Positions 1-9,000 are shown, numbered from the stretch's first letter. The stretch: 18,859 bases of DNA from Fidelibacterota bacterium (GCA_027251445.1 JAPNQO010000031.1:1-18859); one strand, 5' to 3'. A program made the numbers and translations. Notes: a model not told the origin generated them from the sequence alone.

Positions 1-182
1 ATCATACCTACCATTGCAATTATAATAGCTTTTGTTCCCCATAAATGATGTAATCCAAGTTTTCTATGCCACTTTTCAAACCAATCTGTAGGTGGAAAAA
101 CAAATGGGAATATTATCAACACAGAAGTAAACAATATGGTTGGATTTGATATGGTATTTACTATTTCTTTAAATGAACCCAT
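1..182 (-). CDS. Partial membrane protein (runs off the left edge); probable cytochrome b C-terminal/subunit IV-like partner of the Rieske/cytochrome b complex
   Basis: Not in the ORF track. ATG at 182..180, 2 nt after the cytochrome b stop, is open to the window edge: MGSFKEIVNTISNPTILFTSVLIIFPFVFPPTDWFEKWHRKLGLHHLWGTKAIIIAMVGM. It has hydrophobic segments. Identity is inferred only from its position after a split cytochrome b; the PEWY-like motif is not within the window. Confidence 0.65.
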   Translation of the reverse strand, partial: MGSFKEIVNTISNPTILFTSVLIIFPFVFPPTDWFEKWHRKLGLHHLWGTKAIIIAMVGM

Positions 183-184
183 GC

Positions 185-979
185 CTATACTGGTGTGGAG
201 ATACCACCATCCTTTCGTACTCTCCAAAAGTGAACAGCCATGAATATCATTATAATGAATGGTAATCCAATACAATGCAAGACATAAAATCGTAATAAAG
301 CTGCTTCTCCCATAAATCGGCCACCAATTAAGATAAAACGAGCATCACTTGCCATTGTAATAAAATTGATATCACCTATGGCTAACAATGCAGCTCCAGG
401 ACCTTCAGATCCTAAAAAGGGAGTAGCGCGAGCCATATTTCCTCCAACTGTTATAGCCCATATTGCTAATTGATCCCATGGTAATAAATAACCAGTAAAA
501 CTTAATAAAAGTGTCAATAATAGTAGTATTACTCCAACAGCCCAATTGAACTCTCTTGGAGGTTTATATGAACCAGTCATAAATACTCTAAACATATGCA
601 ACCAAACTGTGATTACCATTGCGTGAGCACCCCAGCGGTGCAATTCTCGCATTATTCCAAAAGGTACTTGCTCAGCAAGATCAATAATATCTGTATATGC
701 ATATTCAATAGTTGGACGATAATAAAACATTAACAGGATTCCAGATATTGTAAGTATAAGAAATATGAAAAAAGATAACCCCCCCATACACCAAGTAAAT
801 TTTAATTTCACAGCATGCTTTGGAAGACGAACAGGGTGAAGGTGTAAGAATACTGAATTTAAAACTGACATCATACGTTGACGTCTGTTTCGAGGAACAC
901 CACCTCCTCTAAAGATCGATTTCCAAACTTGAGATTCTGCTGCTTTTTCTAATAATGTTTTTTCTTTTTCCTGTGACAT
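185..979 (-). CDS. petB: Cytochrome b, split b6-like N-terminal subunit of a Rieske/cytochrome b complex
   Basis: Four heme b His ligands ([33 protein letters not shown]), [23 protein letters not shown] and a b6-like C-terminus GISTPV. It is only 264 aa and lies next to a Rieske gene. Confidence 0.95.
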   Translation of the reverse strand: MSQEKEKTLLEKAAESQVWKSIFRGGGVPRNRRQRMMSVLNSVFLHLHPVRLPKHAVKLKFTWCMGGLSFFIFLILTISGILLMFYYRPTIEYAYTDIIDLAEQVPFGIMRELHRWGAHAMVITVWLHMFRVFMTGSYKPPREFNWAVGVILLLLTLLLSFTGYLLPWDQLAIWAITVGGNMARATPFLGSEGPGAALLAIGDINFITMASDARFILIGGRFMGEAALLRFYVLHCIGLPFIIMIFMAVHFWRVRKDGGISTPV

Positions 980-991
980 AGCTTTATTTTT

Positions 992-1561
992 TTACACTGT
1001 TAAGAATGCTTCTGGATCAGTCCACTGACCTTTTTCTTGTTGATACTTTTGGGTCTTATCTATAATTATTTCTCCATTATCAGCAAGAACAATACGATAT
1101 CTTTCAAGAGGTCTAGGCGCTGGGCCTTCAAAGTTAATTCCTGTCATTTTAAATCCGCTTCCATGACAAGGACATTTGAATTTTTTAGAAGTTCCTAACC
1201 AATTTGGAGTGCATCCCAAATGAGTACATACAGTAGATAAGGCATAAATGCCTTGATCATTCCGAACTATCCATACACCGTATTTATCTTTCCAATTCGT
1301 ATTTACTTCACCAATTATATAATCATCTGGAAAACCTGCACGAAAAGTTTGAACAGGCTCAAAAAGAACATTGGGAAATAGAAATCTTAGCAACATTGTA
1401 AAAAAACCACCTGTTGCAGCGACAAAACCTAACCATCCAAAAGATAACCATGAGAAGAAAGACCTTCTATTTAATTCAGCATTATCAGCTGAAGCCTTGC
1501 TTAAAGCTGCAGGAGCTTTAGGCTCTGGAGGTTTTGTTACTGTATTTTTTCCATCTGGCAT
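992..1561 (-). CDS. Rieske 2Fe-2S subunit of a quinol:cytochrome c oxidoreductase
   Basis: Box motifs CTHLGC and CPCHGSGF, GPAPRPL, and a twin-arginine motif NRRSFF followed by a TM helix. Confidence 0.96.
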   Translation of the reverse strand: MPDGKNTVTKPPEPKAPAALSKASADNAELNRRSFFSWLSFGWLGFVAATGGFFTMLLRFLFPNVLFEPVQTFRAGFPDDYIIGEVNTNWKDKYGVWIVRNDQGIYALSTVCTHLGCTPNWLGTSKKFKCPCHGSGFKMTGINFEGPAPRPLERYRIVLADNGEIIIDKTQKYQQEKGQWTDPEAFLTV

Positions 1562-1578
1562 TATATATATCCTATGCT

Positions 1579-2415
1579 TTATTGCAACACATTACGTGCA
1601 GCTTGACGAACTTTCATATTAACATCATTATTCATTAAATCAATTAACACTTCACTGATTTCATTATCTAATATTTTTTCACTAACAGCTATAGCTGCAA
1701 GGATAGCTTGGTTCTGCTCTATCTGATCAACATTAGGGAAAGAATCTAAATAATTTCTATCCATAAGATCTAATATTATTCTACGTCCTTTATTATCATT
1801 TTGTTTTGCCAAAGAAATAGCCGCATCCCATCTAACATTTGGCTCTAGATCATTTAAAGATTCATATAGAAATGTTCGAGATCTTTCATCATTATAATTT
1901 CCAAGTGCTACTGCTAATTGATGCCTGACTCTAGCTGATGGGTGCTCATGTAATTGTAGTAAATTTTCAAGGCTATTCTGATCGCCGATTAAACCCAAAG
2001 AAAAGATTGCAGCACTTAAAATTTCTTCATCTTCATTATTTAGCGATTTTTCAAGTATATCAGCATATCTCATATCTCCTGTTCTACCCATAGCAAGAGC
2101 TAAATAAATCTGAATCCTATTATCTCTTTCATTCTCAGAATATTTATATGTTGAAATCAAATCATTAACAAATCTATCATCTAATGGAATGCTATTAGGA
2201 TTAGCTAAAATTTTTGATAGTTCAAATGCTCCTTGCCAACGTTTCGTAGATCCTCCAATTTTTACATCTTCTAAATAATCATGAGCAGTACTAGGCTCTA
2301 AAGTGAGAACTCGAACCATAAGAAAAATTAATACACCAAAAATTGCAATTATGAATGGAACAACAAAAAAACTATGTATAATTACTTGAAATACTGATTT
2401 TTTTTCTTCGGACAT
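1579..2415 (-). CDS. Membrane-anchored HEAT-repeat (PBS-lyase-like) protein
   Basis: N-terminal hydrophobic helix (FFVVPFIIAIFGVLIFLMV), then repeated HEAT-like units (LALAMGRTGD, AAIFSLGLIGD, VRHQLAVALG, VRWDAAISLA, VRQAARNVL). Ends 17 nt before the Rieske start. Confidence 0.85.
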   Translation of the reverse strand: MSEEKKSVFQVIIHSFFVVPFIIAIFGVLIFLMVRVLTLEPSTAHDYLEDVKIGGSTKRWQGAFELSKILANPNSIPLDDRFVNDLISTYKYSENERDNRIQIYLALAMGRTGDMRYADILEKSLNNEDEEILSAAIFSLGLIGDQNSLENLLQLHEHPSARVRHQLAVALGNYNDERSRTFLYESLNDLEPNVRWDAAISLAKQNDNKGRRIILDLMDRNYLDSFPNVDQIEQNQAILAAIAVSEKILDNEISEVLIDLMNNDVNMKVRQAARNVLQ

Positions 2416-2464
2416 TTATTAATCTAAATCTTTTTTTTTAATATAATTTATTTTCAAATTATTG

Positions 2465-2548
2465 TGCCGCGGAAAGGACTTGAACCTTCACGCTCATAAG
2501 AGCACCAGATCCTAAATCTGGCGTGTCTACCAATTCCACCACCGCGGC
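2465..2548 (-). tRNA. tRNA-Leu, anticodon TAG (84 nt, long variable arm, CCA not encoded)
   Basis: Reverse complement is GCCGCGGTGGTGGAATTGGTAGACACGCCAGATTTAGGATCTGGTGCTCTTATGAGCGTGAAGGTTCAAGTCCTTTCCGCGGCA. Acceptor stem GCCGCGG/CCGCGGC, anticodon arm CCAGA-TTTAGGA-TCTGG, T-loop GTTCAAGTC, discriminator A. Confidence 0.97.
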
Positions 2549-2610
2549 TATAATAAAATTAATATTTATCTAGTCTAGAAATTAATCAAATGTTTAGTGT
2601 TTGGCGAAAC

Positions 2611-2635
2611 AAAAAAGGCAGGTTTTACCTGCCTT
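2611..2635 (-). terminator. Intrinsic terminator downstream of the large secreted protein gene
   Basis: Minus strand reads AAGGCAGGT-AAA-ACCTGCCTT followed by TTTTGTTT: a perfect 9-bp stem starting 23 nt after the stop. Confidence 0.88.
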
Positions 2636-2658
2636 AAATATTAGAAATCTTTATAGGA

Positions 2659-5600
2659 TTATTTAACAATAATCATCTTTTTAGATTCGATGAAATTGCC
2701 AGATTTTAATTGATATATATAAATGCCAGCACCGGCTCTGTTACCCAAAAAATCTTTACCATCCCATATAATAGTTTTTAATCCAGGTGATTGCGTATCA
2801 TTGATTAACTGATTAATCTGCCTACCAGACAAATCAAATATAGTTAATGTAGTTTGTGATAGTTCCGGAACATCATATTGAATGACTGTAGTTGGGTTAA
2901 AAGGGTTTGGATAATTTTGATATAGCTTATATTGATTTGGTATAGTAAATGAATCTGATATTTCTAATGCAACACTCAACATAGCATAACCTGTTCCACA
3001 AACAGTTACTTCATTAGTATTTTCATCCCTGGCTGTTAGATCACCAAAAAATAAACCTAATTGACCACCAAAATAGTTCTTTCTTTGTACAGTTAACTCA
3101 AATATTGGCCCAGATCCCGAAGGAATCTCTGTACCTACAGTGTAACCAAAAATAAAACAATTACCATCCTCATCTTCTCCAGTATTATCTAAAAACAATC
3201 CACCAACTTCTGAGAAACGCCCTACGGGATTAACGGAAGTGACAATTAACCCATCAGGCATATCCATTAAAGTCATTTCAAAGACAGAAATTGGAACAAT
3301 ATTGTCAAGGTATACAGGAATACTTCTAGTAGCTGATCCAGACATGGAAAAACTTGTGTCAATTGAGAAGTGAGCCATGGGAGTGCCAACAAATACACTG
3401 GAAGAAATCATTTCAGTATACATTGCAATACTATTTGCATCTGCAACAATTTTATCTACTTCAATGGGATAAGAAGCACCCGAAGGAGTATTGGGATCTA
3501 CATATAAAAAGATATCAGCAATATGTCCCATACCAGGCATTATTGGGTTATTTAATGTCAAATCAGTGATGATTACATTGTAATCAGCCCCATCTTGATT
3601 CCCTCCAAAATACCAATCTGAAAAATCCATATAACCAGATGGAAGTACAGTTACTCCAGTTACATAATTTGCCTGGCTAGATAATGAAAGCTGGATAGCA
3701 GAAACGGGCTGAGTATTACTAATCATTAAAGGAATATCAAATCCATCCCCTGGGCTTGCAACCATATTTGGCATAGCAAGAATTTGCGTTTCAACAGAAA
3801 CTTCAAAATCCGCATCATCACCCGTCCAATTCATCTCAACGCCATTATAATTTTCAATATTTGCAAAAGTAAAATCAAGATCTACAAATGCTGGTTCCAT
3901 GCTAGCGCCTCTAACAATTACCTTGCAAACTGGATCATTTCCGGATTCTAAAGTTACACTACTTCCATTTGGAAACGCAGAAACGACCATAACCCCATTA
4001 GTTTCAGTAACACTTAATGTATAATTCTGAGTACGATCTGTTTGCAGAACAGCTTCTGCAATAATATAATCTGGATCATCAGTAATTTCTATATAGAAAA
4101 AGCCTATTTCTGATTCATTATTTATTGAAATCTCTAAGGTATCAGTATAGCCTGACAAAGCAGCACCATCAGAAATGGACAATTCAACCCATTCAACAGG
4201 AGTTGCATCTGCAATATTACTTGGACCTGACTCAGTGCCTGCTGGGGAATAATCTGTAGTTACATAATAATAATATGTTACACCATTCATTACTTCTATA
4301 TCTGTATACTCATTTATATCTGCACCAACACTGGCAATAAGCTGATAATCAGGACTATCAGCAGAACTACGATATAAATTGTAGCCTGATATATCAGGGG
4401 TGCTTCTTTGAAAATTATTATTATTAATTGTTTTAATATTATGTGAAAAATCAATTGATCCTGAATTAATATAAAAGGGTGAAGAAATTTCTAATTCATA
4501 ATCATCAATAGAAAATAATTCTTTTTCGATAGTTGGAGCATTAAGATAGCTATATTGGATAATATTATATCTTCCATCTGAAGTATTAAATGTTACACTT
4601 TCAGAAAAATCAAATTCACCTCCACTAGAAAGCTCAGTATCATTAAGCAATATACGGTAATACCCTTCTCCATAAGCACAACAGATACCATCTCCATATT
4701 CATCATAAATAGTAAAAACATGAGCACCTGCAGGAATATTTAATTCCCATGTGTATAATGTTGCCATATCAATTAATTCACCTGCAAATATACTAGCTAC
4801 AACACTATCACCATCAACATGGACTAAATCCCAAGAAGTCTCCCCCGGATAATTATCTGTTAAAATTTCGACAGTAAATGGAACAGTAGGAGGAATTGGA
4901 CCTTGAGGGGCATTCCAACTTAAAGGAACTTCTGTATCTAAACCAGATACAGCAACTAAATCGTGAGGTTCTTCCATGTAACCTGGGAAAATAGTCACAT
5001 GGCCTGTATCTAACTCTGAAATCCAATATATACCACCTATGCTATCAGAGACAGTCACCTCATTAAATGTAATTGAAACATTTCCTGCATATGCATTATA
5101 ATTTACAAGATAACGAATATTCAATACTGGGCCATATCCCGAGGAAACATTATTATTAGATGTACTATACATTAAAATTCTTGTTCCGCTTCCAATATCC
5201 GTACTAGAAATAGTATAATTTTCTGTACGGTCTGTTGTCCAAAGACTATCAAGAGATAAATTATCTGGTACATCCAATATATCAAACTGTAAACCACCAA
5301 CTGTACCATTGTTATCCATACTTACTTGAATATGAACAGTTTCAGATACATCTCCACTATCAGAATTCATCATCAAAGCGACTACATTACCAATTGAAAC
5401 CATCCCATTGGAAGTAGAAGCAGTTAATTCTGTTCCAGCGCTATCACTAACAGTTAACTGAGACATTTCAAGGTTAATAACTGCAGAAGGAATGGATGAA
5501 CCATTAAAGTGAATAATCATAACTGTATCAGAGTTTGTTGGAATAGAGGATGCATTCCCAGCATTAAAAAGTAAAAATCTATATCCACCACTAGAAAGCT

Positions 5601-5850
5601 CATTCATATCTGCTGAAAAACCTGTTGGGGAACCATATGCACTAACGCTGAAAGGGCTAATAATATCTGGATCAACCATTAAGTCAAATTGCATTCCAGA
5701 AACTGCATTATTTGGATTACTAATAATAACTGGCACTTCAATATCTGAAGAGTACCCAGGGTATTCAACATCTCCTAATGTTACAGAAATTTGGGCAGAT
5801 AAGATCCCAAGAGATACAAAAATAACAAATATAATATTTTTATTAATCAT
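2659..5850 (-). CDS. Large secreted multi-cohesin-like / FN3 protein with T9SS type A (FlgD-Ig-like) C-terminal sorting domain
   Basis: Start moved from TTG 5883 to ATG 5850, which gives a clean signal peptide MINKNIIFVIFVSLGILSA|Q. C-terminus QNYPNPFNPTTVIQYD...IFDLSGRQI...WDGKD...GIYIYQL...KKMIIVK. Five ~135-aa beta-rich repeats and an FN3 motif GYNLYR...YTD...TYYYYVT. Confidence 0.85.
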   Translation of the reverse strand: MINKNIIFVIFVSLGILSAQISVTLGDVEYPGYSSDIEVPVIISNPNNAVSGMQFDLMVDPDIISPFSVSAYGSPTGFSADMNELSSGGYRFLLFNAGNASSIPTNSDTVMIIHFNGSSIPSAVINLEMSQLTVSDSAGTELTASTSNGMVSIGNVVALMMNSDSGDVSETVHIQVSMDNNGTVGGLQFDILDVPDNLSLDSLWTTDRTENYTISSTDIGSGTRILMYSTSNNNVSSGYGPVLNIRYLVNYNAYAGNVSITFNEVTVSDSIGGIYWISELDTGHVTIFPGYMEEPHDLVAVSGLDTEVPLSWNAPQGPIPPTVPFTVEILTDNYPGETSWDLVHVDGDSVVASIFAGELIDMATLYTWELNIPAGAHVFTIYDEYGDGICCAYGEGYYRILLNDTELSSGGEFDFSESVTFNTSDGRYNIIQYSYLNAPTIEKELFSIDDYELEISSPFYINSGSIDFSHNIKTINNNNFQRSTPDISGYNLYRSSADSPDYQLIASVGADINEYTDIEVMNGVTYYYYVTTDYSPAGTESGPSNIADATPVEWVELSISDGAALSGYTDTLEISINNESEIGFFYIEITDDPDYIIAEAVLQTDRTQNYTLSVTETNGVMVVSAFPNGSSVTLESGNDPVCKVIVRGASMEPAFVDLDFTFANIENYNGVEMNWTGDDADFEVSVETQILAMPNMVASPGDGFDIPLMISNTQPVSAIQLSLSSQANYVTGVTVLPSGYMDFSDWYFGGNQDGADYNVIITDLTLNNPIMPGMGHIADIFLYVDPNTPSGASYPIEVDKIVADANSIAMYTEMISSSVFVGTPMAHFSIDTSFSMSGSATRSIPVYLDNIVPISVFEMTLMDMPDGLIVTSVNPVGRFSEVGGLFLDNTGEDEDGNCFIFGYTVGTEIPSGSGPIFELTVQRKNYFGGQLGLFFGDLTARDENTNEVTVCGTGYAMLSVALEISDSFTIPNQYKLYQNYPNPFNPTTVIQYDVPELSQTTLTIFDLSGRQINQLINDTQSPGLKTIIWDGKDFLGNRAGAGIYIYQLKSGNFIESKKMIIVK

Positions 5851-5985
5851 TTTATCAAATTTATAGTTTTGTTTTCTTAACAAATATCCAGTATTTATTG
5901 ACTATTTACTGAACAATGTGATAATAAGTTCAATCAGGTGCTGAAAATACATACATTACTAAGAATATCCATTGTAATTATTATT

Positions 5986-6007
5986 TCTTATGATCTATAT
6001 CACATTC
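5986..6007. promoter_or_regulatory. Candidate CRP/FNR-family binding site upstream of the large secreted protein gene
   Basis: TATGA-TCTATA-TCACA (5989..6004) matches TGTGA-N6-TCACA at 9/10 core positions and the E. coli CRP consensus AAATGTGATCTAGATCACATTT at 16/22. It is intergenic. Confidence 0.5.
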
Positions 6008-6023
6008 AAAAAAATAAAATTAC

Positions 6024-9000
6024 TTATGTCTGTGTATATCCTCTATTTAAATAATTTTGAAGTTTTTTATATTTAATAATTTCACGCTTTCCACTTGGGC
6101 TTATTACCTCCACCTTTTCATTTCTTCCAACTTTTTTATCTGATATTATTGGCTTCCTGGATGCTTGTTGTGGCTGATTTTGGGTTTGATCTTTTTCTTG
6201 CGTAGGTGTAAAACCAAGGCCAGTTGAATCCTGGTGCTTCATTTGCATATTTGTCGCTTGCCCCCCCCTTACTTGCGGAGCTTGATCCATTCCTTGTATT
6301 TTCGTTCTAAATAATCTCTGTAAAGTAGTTTGAGTTGTAATGGACATCATATCTTTAAACATATAGAATCCTTCTGATTTATACTCTAACAAAGGATTTT
6401 TTTGTCCATACGCTCTTAAATTAATACCTTCCCTTAGCTGATCCATAGCATAGAGATGATCTTTCCATTTTTCATCAATGGTCCTTAGCGCAACAAAGCG
6501 TTCAAATCCGCGCATTATATCTTCCGGCAATAATGATTCTCTTGCAGAATAAATTTCCATGGCATCATCAACAATTTTATTTTTAAGATTATCAAAATCA
6601 TTATCTAATTCAAATTCATTATGATCAATATCAATTAATAAAGATGATGAAAAATTCTGCTCAATACTTTCCCAGTCCCATGAATCATAATTATCATCGG
6701 ATTCATCTCCTAACTCATCATCAACAAAATCATATATTAATTCAGGTATAGTTTCACGAAGATTATCACCTTTTAATGCATTATTTCTTAGATCATAAAC
6801 CACCTGACGCTGTTGATTCATAACGTCATCATATTCTAATAAATGCTTACGAATACCAAAATTTCTTCCTTCAACTTTTTTCTGAGCATTCTGTATAGCT
6901 CGAGTTACCATTTTATGGGTAATCACTTCTCCTTCTTCAATCCCCATACGATCCATTATTGACGCAACTCTTTCAGAATTAAATAAACGCATTAAATCAT
7001 CTTCTAAGCTTAGGTAGAATTGCGATGAACCGGCATCACCTTGACGCCCAGACCTCCCGCGTAATTGTAAATCAATTCTTCTTGATTCATGACGTTCAGT
7101 ACCTAATATATGTAATCCTCCTAATTCTTTAATTCCATCTCCTAATTTAATGTCAGTTCCCCTACCTGCCATATTAGTTGCAATGGTAACCGCCCCCTTT
7201 TGACCTGCTCGAGCAACAATTTCTGCTTCACTTTTATGCTGTTTAGCATTTAAGACGCTATGTGGAACTCCACGTTGTTTTAACATCCTTGATAGAAGCT
7301 CTGAGGAATCCACAGCAACGGTACCTACTAATGTTGGCTGCCCTCTTTTATAGCAATCTGATATCTCATCAATTACAGCGGCATATTTTTCCCGTTTAGT
7401 CTTATAAATTAAGTCATCTCTATCATCTCTAATAATTTCACGATGAGTTGGAATTACAACTACATCTAACTCATAGATACTTCCTAATTCTTCGGCTTCA
7501 GTCTCAGCTGTTCCTGTCATACCAGCAAGATTATCATACATACGAAAATAATTTTGAATAGTTATTGTTGCTAGAGTTTGTGTTTCTCTTTCAATAGTAA
7601 CATTTTCCTTTGCTTCTAGAGCTTGGTGAAGTCCGTCACTATACCTTCTACCTGCTAGGATTCTACCTGTGAACTCATCAACGATCTGAACCTTTCCACT
7701 TTGGATAACATATTCTACATCTTTATCATATAAGGTATAAGCACGCAGTAATTGACTAATATTATGAATTCGAGAACTTTGCTCAGCATGATCTTGATGG
7801 GCTTTCTCTTTTTGCTGTTTATTCTCTAAAGTACTTAAGCTTTTATTCTCATCTATCTTGTGAAGAACTTCACCAAGATCTGGTATAACAAACATTTCTG
7901 GATCATTGGGCGCTAAAGATTCACGACCTTTATCTGTAATATCAATAACATGAGTTTTTTCATCAATACTAAAGTACAAATCATCATCAACTTCATGTAA
8001 TTTTTTATCTCTGATATATTCTGATTCAATATCATGGGCTAATTTTTTCGTGCCTTTTTCCTGAAATATTTTCATCACTTTTGGATGCTTCGGCATCCCT
8101 CTATTTGCTTGTAATAATTTTAATCCAGCTTCATCTAACTCTTCATTTTCCATATGATTAGATGCTGCAGAAACCATCTCAGATACAAGCGTGTTTTGCT
8201 TTCGTATTAGATTCTGCACCATTGGTTTTAGTTCTTTATAAGTGGTATCAACTGGCGCATCCACCGATCCTGAAATAATCAATGGTGTTCTAGCTTCATC
8301 AATTAAAACACTATCGACCTCATCTACTATTACAAACGCATGATCTCTTTGTACCTGATCATCTTTAGATAAAGCCATATTATCTCGTAAATAATCAAAG
8401 CCAAATTCATTATTTGTTCCATAAGTTATATCACAATCATAGGATGTCTTTCTTTCTTTATTATCCATAGTATTCAAAATATATCCTACACTTAGACCAA
8501 GGTTCTTATAAATTTCACCCATCCACTCCGCATCTCTTTGGGCTAAATAATCATTAACAGTAACTAAATGAGATCCTCTACCTGTAAGAGCATTCAAATA
8601 AAGAGGCATAGTGGCCACAAGAGTTTTACCTTCTCCAGTTTTCATCTCAGAAACTTTTCCTTGATGAAGAACAATGCCTCCTAAAATCTGAACATCATAT
8701 GGAATCATTTCCCATTTAATTTCTTGTCCCATGACTCGATAAGTTTTACCCATCATCCTTCTACAAGTTTCTTTGACCATCGCAAAGGCTTCGGGTAAAA
8801 GTTCGTTAAGTGTATCTTGTTCAACTTTTAATACATATTTCTTTGATTCTTCTTTATCAGAGATTTGATCATTTGCATGATCTTCAGCTTCTTTTCTTTT
8901 TTCTAAAATCTTATTCTTAAAGTGCTGTGTTCTATTTATCAACTCTTCATCAGACTTTAATTTCATTGATTCATATATCGTATTAACCTCATCAACAATC

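Noticed and set aside
1371..1622. Plus-strand 83-aa ORF
   Set aside because: Antisense to the Rieske and HEAT genes, non-ATG start, no motif; a shadow ORF.
2465..2548. tRNA-Leu as the attachment site of an integrated island carrying the respiratory genes or the secreted protein
   Set aside because: No integrase, no duplicated tRNA 3' end seen in the window, and no obvious compositional break. An att copy beyond the left edge cannot be excluded.
3354..5417. Plus-strand ORFs 3354..3569 and 5235..5417
   Set aside because: Antisense within the large secreted protein gene; Gln/Tyr/His-rich composition typical of off-frame translation.
5851..5883. Track start TTG 5883 for the large protein
   Set aside because: ATG at 5850 gives a canonical signal peptide; the extra 11 residues are unnecessary.
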